A stretch of DNA of 64,000 nucleotides from Armatimonadota bacterium (GCA_040289295.1 PSLA01000001.1:33287-97286); one strand, 5' to 3'. Positions 28,289-38,568 are shown, numbered from the stretch's first letter. Made by a program: numbers and translations. Notes: generated from the letters alone by a model not told the origin.

Positions 28289-30667
28289 ATGATCGAAACC
28301 ATCAGTTTCGAGGTCGGGGGCAAAGAGCTCTCGATTGAAACCGGCCGTGTCGCAAAGCAAGCGAACGGCGCTGTCCTCCTCGGCATGGGCGAAACCGTGG
28401 TGCTGGGCACCGCGACGATGAGTAGCCAGCCGAGAGAAGGACTTGACTTTTTCCCGCTAACTTGCGACTATGAAGAGCGAAAGTACGCCGTCGGCAAAAT
28501 ACCAGGCGGGTTCATCAAACGTGGAGGCAGGCCCTCGGAGAAGGCTGTACTTACCTCTCGGCTGATTGACAGGCCGGTGAGACCTCTCTTCCCCGACGGG
28601 ATGCGCAACGACGTCCAGTGTATCGCCATGCCGTTCGCTATGTCGCAGGAAGACCCATCGGATGTTCTTGCCATCAACGCCGTCTCTGCCGCGCTGGCCC
28701 TGAGCGATATTCCCTGGGAAGGACCGATAGGCGCCGTTCGCGTAGGCATGGAAGGCGACGAGTTAGTTCTGTTCCCCAGTGTACAGCAGATTCTTGACGG
28801 TAAATTGGACCTGGTCCTAGCGGGAAGCAAGGACAACATCATCATGGTCGAGGCAGGCGCGTCCGAAGTGCCCGAGTCCGTCATGATCGAAGCGATGCGG
28901 TGGGGTCACAGCTTCATTCGCATCATCGCCGAACAGATCGAGGCATTCGCCAAGAAGCACGGCAAACCGAAGACGACGGTACCCCTCTTCCAGGTCAACC
29001 CAGAGGTGATGGAAGTCGTCACCAAGGAGTACGGCGCGCGCGTCGAGCAGACGCTTGTCAACCCCGACAAGCAGGCCCGCGAGGGTGCCCTGCAAGCGCT
29101 GATGGAGGAGGCATACGAGAGGCTCTCCGCCACCACGTTTGCCGACTCCGAATCAAAGCAGAAGGACGTGCTTCTTGCGATGGACAAGCTCATCAAGAAG
29201 ACCGTTCGATCGCTCATTGTGCACAAGAGCGTGCGGCCTGACGGGCGCGGCACGCGGGACATCCGCGAGATCTCGTGCGAGCCTGGACTATTGCCCAAGG
29301 TGCACGGCTCTGGACTCTTCACTCGTGGACAAACGCAAGTGATGACCGTCGTCACTCTCGGTGCGCCCGGCGATTCCCAAATCATGGACGGGTTGGAGGA
29401 TGTGCCAGACAAACGGTACATGCACTACTACAACTTCCCGCCCTACTCCACGGGCGAAACCAGACCCATGCGCGGGCCTGGACGACGCGAAATCGGACAC
29501 GGAGCGCTTGCGGAACGCGCGCTGCTCGCCGTCCTGCCCAGCGTTGACGAGTTCCCCTACACGATGCTCCTAATCAGCGAGGTGCTCGAATCAAACGGCT
29601 CAACCAGCATGGCCAGCGTTTGCGGGTCCACCCTTGCGCTGCTCGACTGCGGAGTGCCGCTCAAGGCGCCCGTGGCAGGCATCGCCATGGGGCTCATCAG
29701 CGAAGATGGAAAGTACACGGTCCTGACGGACATCCAGGGCATGGAAGACTTCTGCGGCGACATGGACTTCAAGGTCGCAGGCACGCGCGAAGGCATCACT
29801 GCGCTCCAACTTGACACCAAGATAGGGGGGATTCCTGACCAGGTGCTCGAGGCGGCGCTCGACCAGGCGCGTGAGGCGCGGCTGTTTATCCTCGACCGAA
29901 TCGAAGAAGCGTTCCCAGAGCGTCGTCGCGAGCTCAACCCGAATGCACCGCGGATCAACGTCGTTACGATTGATCCGACGCGTGCGGGCGAACTCATCGG
30001 ACCCGGCGGGCGCACGGTGAAGCGCATCCAACAGGAAACCGGTGCTGAAATCGACATCCAAGACGACGGACGCGTATTCATCCTTGCCACGAACAGCGAG
30101 AGCGCTGAACGGGCAATGCGCACGATCAAAGGACTCATGACCACGCCTGAAGTTGGCGAAGAGTACGAAGGCGTCGTCACCCGCCTGTTCGGGCGCGGCG
30201 CGATGGTCGAATACCTCCCAGGAAAGGAGGGAATGGTGCCAAACGACCAGCTCTCGCCGCGAAGTGTCCGACATCCCGAAGAGGTTGTCAAGCCCGGCGA
30301 CGTGATTCGCGTGCGAATCCACGAGATTGACGCAATGGGTCGTGTGAACCTCACTGCGCTCGGCCTTGCGCAGACTCTCGAAGCGCTCGGTGAGAACGAG
30401 AGCGCCGAACCTGGCGCTCCTCGACCCCGTAGTTCACGCCCGCGACACGAAAAGAATGACCGCCGCGGCGGCCAGGGCGCTAGAGGACGGGACGGCGGCG
30501 ACCGCGATAGGGACCGCGAGAGCAGGGGGCCTCGCAGGCGGGAGCACAACGAGCGACCGCTGCGCCAAGAGGTTCGCGAACCGGAACTTGCGCCCCGTGA
30601 GGGCGGAAGCCTGCCACAACGCGACGCCCCCGACACGCCATCGGCTCGGTTCAGACCGAAGCGGTAA
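28289..30667 (+). CDS. pnp: Polyribonucleotide nucleotidyltransferase (PNPase) with Arg/Asp/Gly-rich C-terminal tail
   Basis: Two RNase PH domains, a KH domain (IGPGGRTVKRIQ) and an S1 domain. AAGGAGG lies upstream of the ATG. 792 aa. Confidence 0.95.
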   Translation: MIETISFEVGGKELSIETGRVAKQANGAVLLGMGETVVLGTATMSSQPREGLDFFPLTCDYEERKYAVGKIPGGFIKRGGRPSEKAVLTSRLIDRPVRPLFPDGMRNDVQCIAMPFAMSQEDPSDVLAINAVSAALALSDIPWEGPIGAVRVGMEGDELVLFPSVQQILDGKLDLVLAGSKDNIIMVEAGASEVPESVMIEAMRWGHSFIRIIAEQIEAFAKKHGKPKTTVPLFQVNPEVMEVVTKEYGARVEQTLVNPDKQAREGALQALMEEAYERLSATTFADSESKQKDVLLAMDKLIKKTVRSLIVHKSVRPDGRGTRDIREISCEPGLLPKVHGSGLFTRGQTQVMTVVTLGAPGDSQIMDGLEDVPDKRYMHYYNFPPYSTGETRPMRGPGRREIGHGALAERALLAVLPSVDEFPYTMLLISEVLESNGSTSMASVCGSTLALLDCGVPLKAPVAGIAMGLISEDGKYTVLTDIQGMEDFCGDMDFKVAGTREGITALQLDTKIGGIPDQVLEAALDQAREARLFILDRIEEAFPERRRELNPNAPRINVVTIDPTRAGELIGPGGRTVKRIQQETGAEIDIQDDGRVFILATNSESAERAMRTIKGLMTTPEVGEEYEGVVTRLFGRGAMVEYLPGKEGMVPNDQLSPRSVRHPEEVVKPGDVIRVRIHEIDAMGRVNLTALGLAQTLEALGENESAEPGAPRPRSSRPRHEKNDRRGGQGARGRDGGDRDRDRESRGPRRREHNERPLRQEVREPELAPREGGSLPQRDAPDTPSARFRPKR

Positions 30668-30679
30668 CAGGCGAATGTA

Positions 30680-30726
30680 GAAGCCCCAGCCGGTTCGCTC
30701 GGTTGGGGCTTCTTGCTTTGTTCGTT
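30680..30726. terminator. Bidirectional intrinsic terminator between pnp and the convergent amidase gene
   Basis: GAAGCCCCAGCCG / CGGTTGGGGCTTC forms a 13-bp stem (one G-U pair) with a 7-nt loop, followed by TTGCTTTGTTCGTT. Confidence 0.7.
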
Positions 30727-30757
30727 GATGGTGCCCCCGTTCCGGGCGGGGGCTTCC

Positions 30758-31258
30758 CTAACGCGCCAGCGTTCTATGGCGTACGGAGTCGAGGTCAAGC
30801 CCCAACGGGTCGGTCTTACGTCCTGGCGGTACGGCTATCTCCGCGTGGGAGACGATATATCGAATCGGGTGCCTTGTCGAAACCTCCATGATCAGGCTGA
30901 CCAACGCGTCCACTTGCGGTTGCGGATAGGGGTCCCTTCCGTCGTTACGATTTACCAGTTCGATACCGATGGAGAAGTCGTTAGCGGCTACCCTGCCGTC
31001 CGGCATGCGGCTCGCGCCGGCGTGCCAGGCACGGAGGCTCTCGTCGACGTGCACAATGACGGAACCGTCCCTGTCAATTGTGTAGTGGCTGGAGACGCCG
31101 CTTCGGGGATCTGCGAATCGGCGCACGACCTCCTGGGGGGTATTCAGTACCGTGGCATGGACGACGATGGTGTCCACCACGACACCCCGCGGGCGGACGT
31201 CGCAGTTTGGCGACGGGGCGCAGATCCAACCTGGCATTTTGGTAAGTGCCTCCCTCAA
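30758..31258 (-). CDS. N-acetylmuramoyl-L-alanine amidase (Amidase_2/AmpD-like)
   Basis: IVVHATV...SSHYTIDRDGSV...AWHAG...IGIELVN...SHAEI pattern of zinc amidase_2 enzymes. Confidence 0.8.
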   Translation of the reverse strand: MREALTKMPGWICAPSPNCDVRPRGVVVDTIVVHATVLNTPQEVVRRFADPRSGVSSHYTIDRDGSVIVHVDESLRAWHAGASRMPDGRVAANDFSIGIELVNRNDGRDPYPQPQVDALVSLIMEVSTRHPIRYIVSHAEIAVPPGRKTDPLGLDLDSVRHRTLAR

Positions 31259-31381
31259 AGCGATGGGGGAACGAGAGGATTGTGACCGAAGGTGCTGGGC
31301 GAAATCTCAAACAGCCCTACAGGATTTGCCCCAATCATCCGATTCTTTTACCGGGATCACCGTCCCGGAGGACCTAACTGG

Positions 31382-32203
31382 ATGTACGAATCCTATTGGG
31401 GCTTGACTGAGCCACCTTTCAGTTTAACGCCTGACCCGAAGTTCTTGTACCTGAGTCGCGCCCACGAGGATGCGTTGATGATGCTGCATTACGCCATTAG
31501 CCGGAACAAGGGAGCGGCGATGCTGTGTGGGGACATCGGGATGGGCAAGACGACCATTAGCCGGAAGCTTCTCGAGTACCTGGACCCGGTGAATCACAGG
31601 GTCGTGCTGATCGTGAACCCGATTCTGACCCCGATTCAGATCATGCACGAGATCTTGTCGCAACTTGGCGCGCCCTCGTCTTCCCGGAATCGGCAAGTGC
31701 TGGTGCAAGCGATGCACGAAGTGCTGATCCAGCACTACGAACGAGGAAAGCGAGTTGTTGTGATTCTTGACGAGGCGCACCTTATCAAGTCGAGCGCTAC
31801 GCTTGAAGAGTTGCGACTGTTGCTCAACTGCCAGATGAACGACTCGTTCCTGATGAGCCTGATTCTGCTCGGGCAGTTGGAATTGAAACCTAAGATTGAG
31901 AAAGTCCCTGCTCTGCAGCAGCGCATCGCGGTTCGGTATGTGCTGAAGCCGCTGAGCGTTACGGAAACCGGCGAAATGATCGAGCATCGCCTTCGCACGG
32001 CAGGTTTCGCCGGTGAGAGCAGCCCATTCACGCCAGATGCAGTCTTCGAGATTCACAAGTACTCGGGCGGCGCCCCACGCTTGATCAGCCAGGCTGCGGA
32101 CAACGCGCTGCTGGTTGGCGCGATGCAGAAGCTGAAGTACATTGACGGCTTCACGACGCACTCGGTGATCCAGGACCTCGTTGGAGCAGAGGAGGTGGCG
32201 TAG
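31382..32203 (+). CDS. ExeA/MshM-like AAA+ ATPase (short form, no peptidoglycan-binding domain)
   Basis: MYESYWGLTEPPFSLTPDPKFLYLSRAHEDAL, Walker A GDIGMGKTT and Walker B VVILDEAH. I chose the start at 31382. Confidence 0.75.
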   Translation: MYESYWGLTEPPFSLTPDPKFLYLSRAHEDALMMLHYAISRNKGAAMLCGDIGMGKTTISRKLLEYLDPVNHRVVLIVNPILTPIQIMHEILSQLGAPSSSRNRQVLVQAMHEVLIQHYERGKRVVVILDEAHLIKSSATLEELRLLLNCQMNDSFLMSLILLGQLELKPKIEKVPALQQRIAVRYVLKPLSVTETGEMIEHRLRTAGFAGESSPFTPDAVFEIHKYSGGAPRLISQAADNALLVGAMQKLKYIDGFTTHSVIQDLVGAEEVA

Positions 32204-32205
32204 AG

Positions 32206-32706
32206 ATGCATTTGATCGACGCCATTCGAATGGCTGCCCAGCAATCACGCGACACGCAGCAAAAGGATGCTCCAGAGGCGATCGTGAGGGAGTCGCAGCC
32301 AACTGAGCAGGAGGTTCCCATGAGCCCAACGGATCCTAAACCCCTCTCCCCTTCGCAGGCACCGCTGAGCGTTGAATCCGGGGTGCCTCAGCCGGTTGAC
32401 CCTGCCGTCACTGCTAACGCGGGCAGCGTGGTGCGCCTCGAGCTGTTCCTCAGCCCAGAGCAGATGCACCTGTTGCTTCGGAGCATCCTGCAAGGAGCGC
32501 ACTCAGTGATGACGTTGCGAGAGGCTTCGCAATTCCTTCGCATCAAGAACGACACGCTCGCTCGCATGGCGGAGGAAGGCGAGATTCCCGCGTTCCTCGT
32601 GGACGGACGGTGGAAGTTCCCGCGGCAAGCGGTCGAGGAGTGGGTGACCCTGCAAGCAGTCTCCCGCAAAACCGAGAATTCAGAGGTGGACAAAGATGTC
32701 GCTTAG
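32206..32706 (+). CDS. Excisionase-type helix-turn-helix protein with disordered N-terminal half
   Basis: The C-terminus MTLREASQFLRIKNDTLARMAEEGEIPAFLVDGRWKFPRQAVEEWV matches the HTH_17/excisionase pattern. It overlaps the pilM start by 11 nt. Confidence 0.6.
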   Translation: MHLIDAIRMAAQQSRDTQQKDAPEAIVRESQPTEQEVPMSPTDPKPLSPSQAPLSVESGVPQPVDPAVTANAGSVVRLELFLSPEQMHLLLRSILQGAHSVMTLREASQFLRIKNDTLARMAEEGEIPAFLVDGRWKFPRQAVEEWVTLQAVSRKTENSEVDKDVA

Positions 32707-33790
32707 TCTGTTTGGTAGCGAAAAGTACGTTGGCATTGACATAGGCCACTCGACCCTCGCTGTGGCGCAGGTCGAGCAGTCGGGGAGCACCCTTCGTGTG
32801 CTCCATCTGGGCAAGGCACCGATCCCGCCAGACTGTGTCGCCGACGGTGTGGTAGTGGACCCCGATGCGTTGGGACATGCCATCCGCGACCTCATCCGGG
32901 AAATGCGCATCTCGGCCTCGATGGCGAACGTCGCGGTCGCTGGCCCGGCTGTCGTTGTGCGCACGGTGAGAATGCCCGTAATGTCCGAGGATTCGCTGCG
33001 CAAATCCATTCGATTCGAAGCTGGGCGCTATGTGCCGAGTTCGATCGAGGAGAGCTACATTGACTTCGAGATCGTCGGGACAACGGACGATCAGCAGATG
33101 CTCGTACTGATCGCTGCCAGCCCCCGTGACATGGTCGAAAGCAAGATCCGAGCCGTTCAGCGCGCAGGACTGGAGGTTGAGAATGTCGAAGTTGAAGCGT
33201 TTGCCCAGTTTCGCGCGCTCGTTGAAGCGGACGACCTCAGCGACTTTGAAAGCCATACGGTCGCGCTTGTTGACGTGGGAGGAGAAACGACAGAGGTAAC
33301 CGTCGTGGACCACGGAGCTTTCTCGCTCACCCGCTCGATTCCGATTGGTGGAACCGCCCTAACAGGGGCACTCCAAAACTACTTTAAGATGAGCAGCGAC
33401 GATGCAGAGAGCGGCAAGCGGTCGCTAGATCTGACGGAGTTGATCAAGTCTGGACCACAAGAGAACCCACCCCTTCGAGTCATTCAACCGATTGTGGACG
33501 AGCTTGTCCGCGAGATTCGGCGCTCACTGAACTACTTCCAGTCTCAGCAAAGCGAAGCCGGGCAACCCGCGCAGGTGACACACCTGATGTTCTCGGGTGG
33601 TGGAGCGTTACTGAAGGGCTTTCCCGAATACATTAGCCACAAGTTAAATATGACGCCGGTGATTCCGAACCTGTTCGAGAACCCGCGATTCGTCTTTGCC
33701 GGACACGAACCGCCAGCCGACGCCGGAGCGTATGCCGTTGCCATCGGCCTCGCGATGCGGCGCGCCGGAAAGCTGGTCGTCGCCGCATAA
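32696..33790 (+). CDS. pilM: Type IV pilus assembly protein PilM (actin-like ATPase fold)
   Basis: VGIDIGHSTLAVAQVE..., 364 aa, followed by pilN/O/P/Q-like genes. Confidence 0.85.
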   Translation: MSLSLFGSEKYVGIDIGHSTLAVAQVEQSGSTLRVLHLGKAPIPPDCVADGVVVDPDALGHAIRDLIREMRISASMANVAVAGPAVVVRTVRMPVMSEDSLRKSIRFEAGRYVPSSIEESYIDFEIVGTTDDQQMLVLIAASPRDMVESKIRAVQRAGLEVENVEVEAFAQFRALVEADDLSDFESHTVALVDVGGETTEVTVVDHGAFSLTRSIPIGGTALTGALQNYFKMSSDDAESGKRSLDLTELIKSGPQENPPLRVIQPIVDELVREIRRSLNYFQSQQSEAGQPAQVTHLMFSGGGALLKGFPEYISHKLNMTPVIPNLFENPRFVFAGHEPPADAGAYAVAIGLAMRRAGKLVVAA

Positions 33791-33803
33791 GGAGAATAAA
33801 ACG

Positions 33804-34406
33804 ATGCCGACCATCAACCTAATCCACGATCAGAGAAGGGCGTTTCGCCAGCGCCTAAAGGCCTCGCGCCTATGGTTTCTGGCGTTCCTCGGCGCCGCCA
33901 TTTCAACCGCCGGGATGACGGCGATGCTCCTGATCGGTAGCATCACGCTCCGCGGGGAGGCGCGGGACCTGGAGGTGAAATCAGAGGCGTTGAAGCCATA
34001 TCGCGAACTTATCGAGCAGAGCGACAAAGCGTTTAGCCAACTCCGGCCGAGGTTAACGACTCTGACGACAGCGCGCACTGACACGGAGCGCTGGACACGG
34101 ATTCTCCAGGCCATGAGTTACGTAATGCCTACGAACACATGGCTGACAGGCGTTCGCTCGGTTCCCAATTCGGACGAAAGCGCCCCTGTCGAGGTTGCAC
34201 TGACAGGCATGAGCGGCCAGCAGGAAAGCGTTGGGGAGTTCATGTTGCGTCTTCAGTCGCTGGGGGACATCTCTAACGTTCGCCTTCGCTATACAGAGGA
34301 GAAGAAGACGCAGTACGGCGAGGGGCTCGAGTTCCAAATCGTCTGCAATGTTCCAACTTCCAAAGAGAGCAGCAAGGAGACTAAGAATGACAGTACGCGG
34401 TCCTAA
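33804..34406 (+). CDS. pilN: Type IV pilus assembly protein PilN
   Basis: MPTINLIHDQRRAFRQR followed by a single TM helix. Position after pilM. I chose the start at 33804 with GGAG upstream. Confidence 0.7.
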   Translation: MPTINLIHDQRRAFRQRLKASRLWFLAFLGAAISTAGMTAMLLIGSITLRGEARDLEVKSEALKPYRELIEQSDKAFSQLRPRLTTLTTARTDTERWTRILQAMSYVMPTNTWLTGVRSVPNSDESAPVEVALTGMSGQQESVGEFMLRLQSLGDISNVRLRYTEEKKTQYGEGLEFQIVCNVPTSKESSKETKNDSTRS

Positions 34407-35064
34407 TCCAACCGTCTTCGCGCTGATGTTCGTGTTCGCCCTGCTGGCTGGCAGCGGCGCAGCCTACTGGCAGTACACGAACTACCGTCACAACGCCACC
34501 CGGGTCGAGAAATTGCGACAAGAGCTGGAGTCGTCCTCCGATCTGGAGCGACAGGCACGGATGGCCGCACAACGAGTCAGCGACGCGCTGGAACAGATCA
34601 AGCACCTGGAGACGACGGTTTCGACCGTCGAGTATGTGCCGACGCTGCTCAAGGACCTCCAGTACACCGCCGAGGCGTGCAACCTCCGCGTTACAGGCGT
34701 ACGCCCAGCCCCGCCTAAGCCCGAAAGAAAGGGCAAAAAGGACGAGGTCGACAAGAAGGTCGCGAAGCCGTACGAGGAGATTGACGTAGAGGTCAAGGTG
34801 CTCGGGAGCTTCGAGAGCACGATGTCGTTCCTGCGAAATCTGGAAGAGTTTCCCAAGATCGTGTCCGTTCAGTACGTCAGCGTGGACCCGCGGGTGGATG
34901 CACGCACTCGCGTGCTGACGGCAATCGAAACGACCTTCAACATCCGGGTGTACGCGTTCCCGACCGTGCCAACGGCGAAGAAACCGGAGAAGGAGTCGCA
35001 GACGGTCATCAACCTCAGTCCGGAATCTCGAGGACTTAATCAGAACATGGAGGAGTCGAACTGA
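34387..35064 (+). CDS. pilO: Type IV pilus assembly protein PilO
   Basis: N-terminal TM helix, a coiled coil, then an alpha/beta domain. Position after pilN, with a 20-nt overlap. Confidence 0.65.
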   Translation: MTVRGPNPTVFALMFVFALLAGSGAAYWQYTNYRHNATRVEKLRQELESSSDLERQARMAAQRVSDALEQIKHLETTVSTVEYVPTLLKDLQYTAEACNLRVTGVRPAPPKPERKGKKDEVDKKVAKPYEEIDVEVKVLGSFESTMSFLRNLEEFPKIVSVQYVSVDPRVDARTRVLTAIETTFNIRVYAFPTVPTAKKPEKESQTVINLSPESRGLNQNMEESN

Positions 35065-35663
35065 TGGCGCAAGACAAGAAAAAACTACTCATTATCGGCG
35101 TTTTGTTCCTCGCCCTTGTCGCCGTTAGCACGTACCAGTTCATTGGTTCGAGCCCGGCCCCCAAGAAAAGCAACGTTTCAAAGCCTGAAGAGGCGAAGAA
35201 AAACGACGCGGCAGAGCAACCTGAAGATAAAGGCGTGGCGGACAACCTGTATGCCTTGGGGAAAACACCGAGAAACCCATTCCAACCAGGATCATTGCCC
35301 AACGAGCAGAGCCCAAGTGACTCGGAAAACAACAACCGAATCGTGCAAGCCCCGCCCGAAAAGCCGAACGTGACAAGACCGTATAAACACCAAGTACCAC
35401 CATGGAACCCGACGATCCCGGGGGTTGGGCTGAATCCCGGCGGGGAGCCCCTTCCGCCGGTCAAGGAGTTCTCTTACACACTCATCGGCTTCGTGGACGG
35501 ACCGACGCCCGTCGCAGTGTTCCTAACCGGCGACGGCGTTCAAAAGATGGTCAGGGTCGGAGAGTACGTAGGTCAGAACGCCAAGGTCGTCCGAATCCAG
35601 AACGGATCCGTGACGATCCAGGCAGACGGAAAAACAATCACCCAGAGGGTGGGAGGTAATTAG
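35064..35663 (+). CDS. PilP-like pilus assembly protein
   Basis: N-terminal TM helix, a low-complexity linker and a C-terminal beta domain (FSYTLIGFVDGPTPVAVFLTGDGVQKMVRVGEYVGQNAKVVRIQNGSVTI). TGATG overlap with pilO. Confidence 0.5.
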   Translation: MAQDKKKLLIIGVLFLALVAVSTYQFIGSSPAPKKSNVSKPEEAKKNDAAEQPEDKGVADNLYALGKTPRNPFQPGSLPNEQSPSDSENNNRIVQAPPEKPNVTRPYKHQVPPWNPTIPGVGLNPGGEPLPPVKEFSYTLIGFVDGPTPVAVFLTGDGVQKMVRVGEYVGQNAKVVRIQNGSVTIQADGKTITQRVGGN

Positions 35664-35664
35664 A

Positions 35665-38379
35665 GTGAGAAAGAACAGCATACGAATCGCAACGTTCTTG
35701 CTCGCCGCACTCATGGCGTCGTTCGCGCTTGCTTCGGGCAAGGTCACGGCGTTCGACGCAGCCAAGAGCGGCGAGGGAGCCATCATCAAGGTGAAAGGCA
35801 CGAACCTGCCGAAACCGAAACTGCAGACGGCGTACGGCGGTTCGCTCGCCATTCTCGAATTCCAGGCGGTGCTAATCGGCAAGGCGGAGTTCGTTCGTCT
35901 GAACGCACCGAACGTGACGTACGCGAAGATTGCTCAATTCACGGCGAAGCCCCCGGTCGTACGCGTGGTGGCCAAGACAAGCCCCGCAGCGAGCATCAAC
36001 ATGGCGCAGACTGAGAACGGCTGGCAGATCTCGATCGGAACGCCGGCGAAGACCGGGGTGAACCTGATCGAACACACACAAAAGGCGGACCAGGAAGCGT
36101 TCGAGAAGGCGCAACAGGCGCTGAAGAAGGGCACCCCTGCGACGAGCACCGCGAACACGACCGGAACGGCCGACGGAGCTACGCCGGAAACGAGCAATAT
36201 CGGTTCCAAGGCCTGCACGCCGCTTGAGGATCTCATCGAGGCTGCAAAGCAGCAAGATGAGAAGATGTTTGGCGAGGCGATGAGACAACTCCGCGCCTCG
36301 AAGTCGAGCAAGAGCGCAGCGACCTCCCCGCAGGCGGATGCAGTGACCACAACCGCTCAGGTAAAGGTTGCCGCCCCGACCAAGGTTGACGGCCCCAAGG
36401 TATCTGAGCCGACCACTTGGACGATAAGCGGCTCAACGCTCGGCGGTGGCCCGGCCTCGGCACAGCGACGCGTTTCGCTTGATTTCGTTGACACGCAAGT
36501 TGTCATCATCCTGAAGGCACTTGCGGAGCAGTCGGGTGCGAACATCGTCACGGCGCCTACGGTACAGGGCACGATCTCCGTTACGTTGCGGAACGTAACG
36601 GTGCAGAGCGCTCTGGACCTGATCACGAAGTTGGCTGGTGTTCGCTATGCATTTGTAGATGGGACGTACATCGTTGGCTCGCCCGAGTTCATGCGGTCGA
36701 TGCTGATTCAGGACACGGGCACGGCGTCTCGAAATGGGACGGTGATGCGCGTGGTTCCTCTTGCCAGTAGAAAAGCCGGCGAGATCAAGCGCGCGATCAC
36801 TCAGGCGATGACCATGGACGTTCTGAATGAGACCATCCAAATCATCAATCCGGCCGCACCAGTGGAGCAGCAACCCGCGGCGGCAAACGGCCAGAACGGT
36901 AATCAGAGCGGCGCTCCCACCATGGAGGGTGACGCTGACTACCTGATCCTGATCGGAGAGCCCGGGCGTGTTGAGCAAGCGAGTCTCCTGATCACGCAAC
37001 TTGACCGGGGTCTCGCCGGCATCCACGGAATCACAGAGGTCGGCGCCGACGCGTTGCGCCCCGTTTCGAAGGCGTACCGGGTGCAAGGCGGCCGCGCCGC
37101 TGAGTTGGCGGCTGCTGTCGAAAAGTTTGCGACTGGCGTGTCGGTGGTCGCCACGCCGGCAGGTAGTCGCGCAGAGCAGTCACTCGTGATAACTGGGCGT
37201 CCGTCAGACGTGGATCGTGTTCTGGAAGTACTGGCGCAGATTGACGACGTAACTGCCGGCGGCGAGTGGGTTGTCGAGATCTACGACGTCCGCCACGCCG
37301 ACCCTCGATCGCTGAAGGCTCAGGTTGAGGAGAGTTTCGAGACCGTCCGCGTCGCCATCGGCCCGCAGCACGCTGCAGGTCGTAGTTTTACTCCTGCCAT
37401 GGCGGCGGGTGCGAGTGGTCAGGGCGGGGGCCCTTTGGGCGCAGCGTCGAACCAAGGCTCCGGTGGAGTCGCGACGAGCGCAGGCTTTAAGGCTTCTCCT
37501 CAGTACGGAGAAGACGAAACGCGAGCGGTACCGATGATGCTCGTCTTGAGTGGTCCTCGCGATCAAGTGGGCCAAGCGCTGGACATGATGAAAAGGCTGG
37601 ATCGAAAGATGCCAGAAATCGTTCTGGAGGCTCGCGTCGTGGATGCGAACAAAGAGGACCTGCTCAAGTTGGGTATCGACTGGAGCGCTGTTACCGGCTC
37701 TGCAGTCAAGATCATCAACCTCAGCTACGGTCAACCCGCTGGCGCAGACGGTAGCCCGTTTTCCGAGATCACAGGGCGGTTTGCAGGGCCGGGTTGGCTT
37801 GCTACGGGTATTGCTAACATTGACAAGTTGGTCGCACGGGACAAGATCCTCGCCCGACCGAACGTTCGAGCTATGGACGGACGCGAAGCGGTCGTGTTCA
37901 TGGGCGACATCGTGCGGTACGTCAAGTCCGTCCAAGCAACGCAAAACGGTATCACCGTAGAAGTGGGCGAGGAGGAAGTTGGTGTGAAGCTGAACGTGCT
38001 ACCTCGGGTAACGCGCGACGGCCACATCATCATGGAGGTCCAGCCGACATTGTCGTTCATCAAGGAGTTCCTTGAAGTGCCGGGCGGCGGTCGGATTCCG
38101 ACCACTTCCATTCGCACGGCACGGAGCACTCTGACGATCCGCAGCGGCGACACGATCGCGATCGGAGGTCTGATCACGGATGAGGACCGTCGGCAGATCG
38201 TAGGGGTTCCGATTCTGATGGACATTCCTATCATCGGCAACCTGTTCCGACGCATGACGACTGACAAGGTGCGACGCGAAATCGTCATCTTCCTCTCTGC
38301 CCGCATCGTGGACGAAGAAGAAACGACTGCCGCCCCAAGCAACGGTCCTGCCGGCTCAGGTGCTGGCGGAGGCAAGTAA
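35665..38379 (+). CDS. pilQ: Type IV pilus secretin PilQ with N-terminal AMIN-like domain
   Basis: Signal peptide, AMIN-like domain (ILEFQAV...VVRVV), N0/N1 repeats and a secretin core (ILARPNVRAMDGREAVVFMGD...GVPILMDIPIIGNLFR). Confidence 0.88.
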   Translation: MRKNSIRIATFLLAALMASFALASGKVTAFDAAKSGEGAIIKVKGTNLPKPKLQTAYGGSLAILEFQAVLIGKAEFVRLNAPNVTYAKIAQFTAKPPVVRVVAKTSPAASINMAQTENGWQISIGTPAKTGVNLIEHTQKADQEAFEKAQQALKKGTPATSTANTTGTADGATPETSNIGSKACTPLEDLIEAAKQQDEKMFGEAMRQLRASKSSKSAATSPQADAVTTTAQVKVAAPTKVDGPKVSEPTTWTISGSTLGGGPASAQRRVSLDFVDTQVVIILKALAEQSGANIVTAPTVQGTISVTLRNVTVQSALDLITKLAGVRYAFVDGTYIVGSPEFMRSMLIQDTGTASRNGTVMRVVPLASRKAGEIKRAITQAMTMDVLNETIQIINPAAPVEQQPAAANGQNGNQSGAPTMEGDADYLILIGEPGRVEQASLLITQLDRGLAGIHGITEVGADALRPVSKAYRVQGGRAAELAAAVEKFATGVSVVATPAGSRAEQSLVITGRPSDVDRVLEVLAQIDDVTAGGEWVVEIYDVRHADPRSLKAQVEESFETVRVAIGPQHAAGRSFTPAMAAGASGQGGGPLGAASNQGSGGVATSAGFKASPQYGEDETRAVPMMLVLSGPRDQVGQALDMMKRLDRKMPEIVLEARVVDANKEDLLKLGIDWSAVTGSAVKIINLSYGQPAGADGSPFSEITGRFAGPGWLATGIANIDKLVARDKILARPNVRAMDGREAVVFMGDIVRYVKSVQATQNGITVEVGEEEVGVKLNVLPRVTRDGHIIMEVQPTLSFIKEFLEVPGGGRIPTTSIRTARSTLTIRSGDTIAIGGLITDEDRRQIVGVPILMDIPIIGNLFRRMTTDKVRREIVIFLSARIVDEEETTAAPSNGPAGSGAGGGK

Positions 38380-38412
38380 GTCTACCGGCCTGCGCCCTTC
38401 CACCCAACGAGT

Positions 38413-38440
38413 CTCGCCCTTCCCGACCGGGGAGGGCGAG
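38413..38440. repeat. Short family-2-related hairpin 34 nt downstream of pilQ
   Basis: CTCGCCCTTCCC-GACC-GGGGAGGGCGAG forms a 12-bp stem (one G-U pair) with a 4-nt loop. No U-tract follows. Confidence 0.6.
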
Positions 38441-38568
38441 GCTTCTCACTGGGCAGCCCGCTACCGAGAGATCCGCGCCACCGCAGCATTGCCGGGTTGT
38501 CGAGAGAAGCCGTACGGAAGAAGTGAACAGGGATGCTGCAGTACCACTGAGGCAGGGATTCCGTTCGC

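Noticed and set aside
29557-30798. 413-aa minus-strand ORF
   Set aside because: Antisense to pnp. The composition is extremely Ser/Arg/Pro-rich. It also runs across the intrinsic terminator.
31424-32329. 301-aa minus-strand ORF; similarly 32543..33313, 37204..37944, 4502..5269 and 26792..27424
   Set aside because: All are antisense to genes with strong family motifs (ExeA-like, pilM, pilQ, cysS, nhaA).
32206-32706. Excisionase-type HTH as a sign of a prophage or integrative element
   Set aside because: There is no integrase, att-like repeat, tRNA or phage gene nearby. The gene is translationally coupled to pilM.
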